The position numbers were made by a program, and so were the translations under genes. DNA of 64,000 nt from Eledone cirrhosa. Lineage: Eukaryota. Below are positions 57,086 to 64,000 of the stretch, piece by piece (within the stretch, counting starts at the first letter, position 1; each line of letters starts with the position of its first letter). The notes below the pieces were generated by a model. That model was not told where the DNA came from. It saw nothing but the letters and a program-made list of their open reading frames with translations, and searched no databases. The stretch is from NCBI GenBank assembly GCA_964016885.1, contig OZ024740.1, positions 402,752,001 to 402,816,000 on the forward strand, in the 5' to 3' direction.

Positions 57086-57996
57086 AACTGGTATATGTGT
57101 CCCGGTGATATATGATACTTGTTTAACCCGTGGAAACTTCAGTATGTGTCCGAAACGAACTTCTCTACAAAAACGTCGTATTTGCGCCTATATGTATATA
57201 AGATATATAAATTGTGTGTACAATTATATTAGGGTTTTAACTAAGACGTTTTAAGTGAAGTAACCCACACGAAAGCGTCTCCTCACATGCGCGCATCCAG
57301 AGATTTCGATTTGTAACAAACTTATCTTTGAGAGCATCTTTGAAGTTCGTTGTGAACATAATCTATTGTTGTTGTTTTTTATGTTTAAGTTTATTTTTAA
57401 TAATCGTCTCCTCTAACCTAATGACCTAGTAACATATATAATACACACACATACACACACACACACATACACACACACACACTCGCATTTGTATGTACGG
57501 CTTGAAAACTGATAACATATGACATTTATCTAAAGGAAGAGATATCAAAATCGTAAGATAAATGTAACATACTTCTCAACTGATTGCGAGATCAAATCGT
57601 TTGAAGACATATCTTTCTGATTGTCAAATTCAAAATTACGTGGAAGCAATTTGATGGTTTTTATCAGAATCCTGTTCATTAAAACTCATACTGCTGATGA
57701 TATCTTCAAACATGAGAGATTTTCTGAGAGAAGCAATAACCAAATGTCCCCACCCTCTGAATAAAGGAAAGATACATTAGTGAATATTCTCCTAAAGAAA
57801 TTACGTCTAAATATGTGTACTAATTACTAAATAATAAGTCATCAGCAAACGTTATTTAACACTCATTAATTCGGTGACGAATAATATAAACGTCACATAA
57901 TGCTGATGCATGTTTGACTCAGAAAGAGGCAACTCACACACACAGACACACACACACATATATATATATATTTATTTATTTATTTATTTATTTATT

Positions 57997-58113
57997 ATAA
58001 GAACAGATTAAAGTTTAAGCAAAGAATCGCTGCTTTCACCCTTAACGGGATCTTTGAAACGCGTTAAGGGTGAAAGCAGTGATTCTTTGCTTAAACTTTA
58101 ATCTGTTCTCATA
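57997..58113. mobile_element. mini fold-back (about 50-bp arms), same family as 51415
   Basis: agaacagattaaagtttaagcaaagaatcgctgctttcacccttaacg ... cgttaagggtgaaagcagtgattctttgcttaaactttaatctgttct. Confidence 0.9.
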
Positions 58114-58422
58114 ATATATATGCGCTCTGCGTTTTTATATATATATATAAATATGTGTGTGCATATGTTTATGTATATATAATCCTTATCGCTCGATATT
58201 ACTATATATATATATATATATTATAAAGTATTATTACTATATATATATATATATATATATATTATAAAGTGAAATGTCAGACGGGGGAGCAAGGTGGTAG
58301 CATGCTACTTCGTCCGTCTCTAGGTCAAAAACATAAACAAACTTTTTCCTCTTTGTTTTTTTCTTTGCTTGTTTCCTTAAAGTTTACCATCATTCTGTTG
58401 GTATACATCTATTACGCAATTT

Positions 58423-58480
58423 ACACCTGATGAGGCCACCGGCTTCTTACACAACCTGGCCACTGAAATGTGCATAGTGT
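58423..58480 (+). ncRNA. type-I hammerhead-like motif
   Basis: acac-CUGAUGA-GGCCA...UGGCC-acu-GAAA U gugc A UA-gugu: helices I and II pair perfectly; 3 extra nt before GAAA. Confidence 0.55.
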
Positions 58481-58809
58481 TCGCAGAAATAAAAAATTAA
58501 GGAAATTCAACATACTTTGCTGTCATTTCACTGTATAATACATTTACTCCGTTCCTGCACCACCAACATGATTCAACATCAAAGATGGATGAGTTGCATA
58601 ACGCCGAGTGCTTTTCTCATAATACGTCATGAGTAACATTGCAGAATGACCAATTCTACCCAGTGGTAAACCACCAAATTTAAACCTATATATACATACT
58701 GGTGGCTTAGTTCGGATCTAGCTGTCGAAATGGCCGGAGCTCAGCCGTCGGGGTCCTGACCTTTTTCCTTTTGTTTACAGTAACCACACAGCTCCTTTCG
58801 TTTCTTATA

Positions 58810-58855
<46 letters not shown>

Positions 58856-59706
58856 CGTGTGTATATGTGTGTGTGTCTGAGTGTGTGTTTGTATATGTGT
58901 GTCTGTGTGTCTGTGTGTGTGTGTGTGTAATATACGATGTATTTCAATGTATGCGTAAGGGGTATTTTTTAGCATCTTGATATTTGGTGACAGAGAGATT
59001 GATTTTTTTAAACAAGGTCGACGAAGCATTGCTGTTCGAGACAGTCAGAACCATACTTCAAGAACTATATCACAATCCTGTGACCCAGTTTGTCAAAGGC
59101 AATAATATATCTTGCGATAAAGTGTACACCAGAGTACAGTTAATATATCTTACTCTAGTGTTTGTCTAACAGTGTTGACGCACACCAGAGCTTGTATTCT
59201 AGTCGACAAGATAGATAGGTTTGGTCTTTGAGTGTGTATTAGTTACAGCCGCACTCACATTTCAACTGGATATAGCGGTCATGAAAAGCAGAACAGAAGA
59301 AACAATTTAGGTGTCTCAAGATGGGAAAAAATGTGTTCTGATAAAATAGATACGTGATTGCAGCCAACCACCAAAGTTGAGAGAATATAACATTGATGGC
59401 TGTTTGTTTTAATTTATGTCAATGTTTTTGATAATGTAGGGAAATATGTTCATTGAGATTTATGAATCTATATATCCATGTACAAACATCCACACTACAG
59501 AGAATGTTTATTATAATTATATCAGATTATGAAGTATAAAATCACAAAGAACATAAACGTTTTATGAATTAAGATCCCCCCCCCCCCCATATATATATAT
59601 ATATGCGTGTGCGTGTGTGTATGTATGTATGCATATAACAAAGAGGGTGTGGTAAAATACCAGGTGGACCATAGTACTTGTTATTTAGGGTAGTAAAGCG
59701 GTTTAA

Positions 59707-59832
59707 TAGGAAAAGTGTCAGGACCCCCACCGGCTGAGATCCGGCCGTTTCGACAGCTAGATCCGAACTTAGTTCGGATCTAGCTGTCGAAAAGGCCGCA
59801 GCTCAGTCGTCGGGGTCCTGACTCATTTCCTA
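59707..59832. mobile_element. mini fold-back, 1-nt loop; relatives at 56957-57042 and 58708-58770
   Basis: ttcgacagctagatccgaact-t-agttcggatctagctgtcgaa centre with imperfect outer arms; the right arm ends cc(TA)n. Confidence 0.9.
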
Positions 59833-59845
59833 TATATATATATAT

Positions 59846-59923
<78 letters not shown>

Positions 59924-60015
59924 TAGATATATATTATTTTGTAAACGCCCACTGTCCCTATCTTTACATTGTCCCCTATATATCGGCCCCTGTGGCCAAT
60001 AAATGAAATCATTTA

Positions 60016-60138
60016 ACCGCCGAGGTTAACTTAGCCTTTCATCCTTACGGTGTCGATAAAATAAAGTACCAGTAATACACTGGGTATTTGCTGGCCTTGT
60101 GCCAAATGTAGAAACACTTATTATTATTATTATTATTA
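60016..60138 (+). mobile_element. SINE family A 3' half with (TTA)n tail
   Basis: Consensus match. Confidence 0.85.
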
Positions 60139-60242
60139 ATTCATTTAAAGGTTCATTCTACTGACATGGCTTTAAAAATGAGGCTTGTTTGTATAATTTC
60201 AAACGAATCGAATGTTATTATTAATATTCGAAAAACTCAGAT

Positions 60243-60275
<33 letters not shown>

Positions 60276-60276
60276 A

Positions 60277-60363
<87 letters not shown>

Positions 60364-60619
60364 ATATATATATGTATATATATTATAGGATAGGATGCCC
60401 AATTAGTAACGTCCCCACCTATCTCACTCCTTATATGTATATATATATATATATATATTTATATAATTTGGATAGATAATATAGCCCTTGCGTAAGCAAC
60501 ACAGCTTGGGAACTTGAATTGAGGAAACAATTGACCGTTTTGGAGTGTCATTAAATACTCATGAGGGATTACTTATAGATCTTTTGATAGGAATATGACA
60601 AGAACTACGGAATATATAT

Positions 60620-60748
60620 AGAGAGTTTCGGCGGTTTGAATCATAAGCCCTTGGTTGGTTGCCATCGCGTATCTTCTCGGGCAAATGTCATTTACCAAAG
60701 CCTCACGTCGCCCCAAATCTTGTGAGTTAAAATTGGTAGATGAAACCA
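60620..60748 (+). mobile_element. diverged SINE-like fragment (third family)
   Basis: cgggcaaatgtc..aagcctc..caaatcttgtgagt..ttggtagatgaaac resembles a SINE body recalled from octopus sequence; not verifiable here. Confidence 0.4.
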
Positions 60749-61632
60749 AAGTTTAACTTTAACTTTACCTGTAAATCCTGGAGCGAACTATGTCACACTC
60801 TGTATCACACCGTATTTCTCTGGCGAATACGTTGTAGTGATATAATTATTGATGTATATGTGTATCTATGATCGACTCCAATATCTGCAACAGGTTAGCT
60901 GTTGATCACAACATATGTGAAAATAAGATATTACCGATAGCAAATGTTATATTGTCATTTAGTAATCGCCTTCCTGCATTTCAGTAGATGCAACCACATG
61001 ATAATAAATGTCGGTTTTATTAGAACTAGATGATCGAATAATGATTATTGCTAAACAAGACCGAAAATAAGGGTGTCTTGGCCTTACAATGAGTGATTTG
61101 TTTCTGTATAATCCAATTAACGTGTTTGATACCAATCTACCTGAAACCGCCAGTGGTATTGCAATACAGGAGATGCGATGAAAATACCAATAGACGCATT
61201 GTTTCGTAGGTCCGAGTTGTCGAGTTCCACCCAACTTGGTAGGCGAATGAGATCTGACATATTGTCGAACGATCGATAAATTAATATATATATATATACA
61301 TATGTGTGTGTGTGTATATGTATGTATACATTTATATATATGTATGTATACATATATATATGTAAGTATACATATATATATATATATGTATGTATATATA
61401 TATATATATATATGTATGTATACATTTATATATATGTATGTATACATATATATATGTAAGTATACATATATATATATATATATATGTATGTATATAAATA
61501 TATATGTATGTATACATTGATATATATGTATGTATACATATATATATGTATGTATACATACATAGACATATATATATATATATGCGTATGATATATATAT
61601 ATATATATATACATATATATAGTTCAAGTGTG

Positions 61633-61677
<45 letters not shown>

Positions 61678-61989
61678 TGGCTGCCAACTCGTTTTCGAGT
61701 ACGGCTACTACTTTATATCCATGTAGGAGAACCCCTACCGATGGGCTGAACAAGTGTGACTTTTTAGTCCAGCTAGCGACTTGAAAACTCTGGTACAAAC
61801 ACTACACTTGTGACAATTACTGACACATATTGCTGGGCCCATGGTACCATGTGATGACAAGGGCAGAGAGATCTCCAGATACAAAGCAATGCCTGTGCCG
61901 TGAAGCTTTTATAGTGAGCAAAGGCACTGCACAAAGCCAGTCTCACTCTCTTAACCAAGATGATATTTACCAAAAAGACGAACAAGTCA

Positions 61990-62262
61990 ACATCATTGGA
62001 TACCATCAGGGTTGCAGGTGTTATATCAGAGTTTTCCTTCTCCTAGAATTCTGCCTTGACAAAGGCTAAGGGGTCATCTCTCCCGGTGATTTTGGATGGC
62101 CATTGACTCTTAAGAGCTCCTTTGCCCTTTGACAGGTTTTGTTTTTAGTCCTGCAGGATATCCAAAGTCACCCTCCACACCAAGAAACATTGGTGGGGTT
62201 GGCAGTTTAGTCGCCAACGACCCGACCATGGGACAGGTTGTACTGGGATACATGTTACCATA
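61990..62262 (-). mobile_element. copy of the 12608 repeat (probable LINE 5' UTR)
   Basis: Reverse complement aligns with 12608-12780 and 12885-12960. Confidence 0.65.
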
Positions 62263-62303
62263 GCATATATATATATATATATACATAATATACATACATG
62301 ATA

Positions 62304-62405
<102 letters not shown>

Positions 62406-62689
62406 CATGTGTGTGTGTGTGTGTGTATGTGTGTGTGTGTGTGTGTGTGTGTATCTGTGTGTGTGTATCCCGGGTTCAATCGGGGGTAACCCACAGTACG
62501 TAAGGTACTCAATAAATAGCAGAGTATAATTTTTTAATATAGAAATGACATCTACAGGAGTAGAACTGTTTCATGTAGGAGCCTGTAGAAAACATTTCTG
62601 TCTGTGTGTCTCTCTCTCTATCTCCCCCCCCCCTCTCTCTCTATCTCCCCCCTCTCTCTCTCTCTCTCTTTGTATATATATATATATAT

Positions 62690-62774
<85 letters not shown>

Positions 62775-63540
62775 CCCTCACTCTCTTTACATATATATAA
62801 ATATATGGAGAGGCATTGAGGGAGAGACGTAGATGTATATATTATAGAGGTATGAGTGCTCATATTAATATATGTAGTACGAATGTGTGGGGATGTGCCT
62901 CATTTTATGTGTGTACGCATGTAACTACGTTTGTAGCTATGTCATACTAATCAGGGAATGTAAGAACACTTCATCAAGTTAAGTAGACTGGCTGCTAGCT
63001 ACAGTTATGTGAAATAATACAGCCACATTCAAGTGTGTCGTAAATTCCAACAACTGCCCCTTATAAAGATACGAAAATATCTTAGATATTATCTGTCCTT
63101 TTTAAAGAATACTAACCAGATGTTGGCGCTTCTTCCATACACATACACACTCAGTAACGAAGAAGATAGACACTCTTGCTCGTAGACACTCACATAAAAT
63201 AGTGACATATATTTCACACCCAGCCATATCACAACAGAGACATCGTGAATTGCTCTTCTTACCAAAAATTGGCGTTCTTAGAAATGTGGGCGACTTCGTT
63301 TCATGTTGATGTTGATGTCACTTATATAGTTGTTTATTCCTTTCCTTCACACTATTCATGTACTAATTTATGACTAGCTTGTTTACGCCATGTTGGATAG
63401 TTTATAGTCTTAACAAGATGTCTGTAGGAGAGGTTGGCTACTTTCGTAGTCCACGTGATTAGACATCTGCATTATACTTGCTTAACCAAAGATTGATTAT
63501 ATACGCTTCTTGCTATGTATCAATATATTGAAAACAACAA

Positions 63541-63725
63541 GGTGGATTGGCAGTATCGGTAGAGGTTCGGACGCCATGCTTTGACGCATAGAGTTACGGC
63601 CCTTGCCATTCTGAGTTCAAATCCCGCCGAGGTTAACTTTGCCTTTCATCCTTACGGGGTCGATAAAATAAAGTACCAGTAATGTACTGGGTAATTTTCT
63701 GGCCTTGTGCCAATAGTAGAAACAA
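63541..63725 (+). mobile_element. SINE family A, full length with perfect TSD
   Basis: caatatattgaaaacaacaag is present on both sides (from 63521 and from 63723); a long-tail 3' fragment lies on the minus strand at 63848-63940. Confidence 0.95.
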
Positions 63726-64000
63726 TATATTGAAAACAACAAGAAAAACACCTGCTGCTGCTACTAATACTACTACTACTACTAATACTACTAATGTTGA
63801 TACTTCTTCTACTACTATAACTACAACTACTATAAATAAGTATAAATGTTTGTACTCTAGGCACAAGGCCAGCAATTTGAAGGGGACGCGAAAGTTGATT
63901 AAATCGACCCCAGTGTATTACTGGTGCTTTATTTTATCTTTGCCCTACTACTACTAATAATAATAATGTAATTTTAAATCTATTGTTTCATTGTTTTGTA

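Overview
AT-rich, microsatellite-saturated animal intergenic or intronic DNA. The repeat content (tRNA-derived SINEs, Penelope-like elements, long (TA)n tracts) suggests a mollusc, probably an octopod cephalopod; this is inference. No host protein-coding gene or intact RNA gene is supportable, and nearly all ORF-track entries are microsatellite translations. Recognisable coding remnants are all mobile elements: a mariner N-terminus (16.4 kb), an L1/Tx1 LINE 3' part (18.5-19.7 kb), a Helitron PIF1-type helicase (21.0-22.3 kb), an RTE-type LINE with an exact twin-priming 5' inversion (23.6-24.7 kb), a CRE-like LINE 3' end (28.5-28.9 kb) and a Naiad-type Penelope RT plus GIY-YIG (33.9-35.5 kb). 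About 20 copies of one SINE are present, several with target-site duplications. The most striking pattern is at least 10 short, non-coding, mutually unrelated element families sitting in or beside (TA)n tracts. They form fold-back palindromes, and many carry minimal type-I hammerhead ribozyme cores. They are probably non-autonomous Penelope-like retroelements that share one insertion geometry. One 200-N gap. Coordinates were read by eye and may be off by a few bases.
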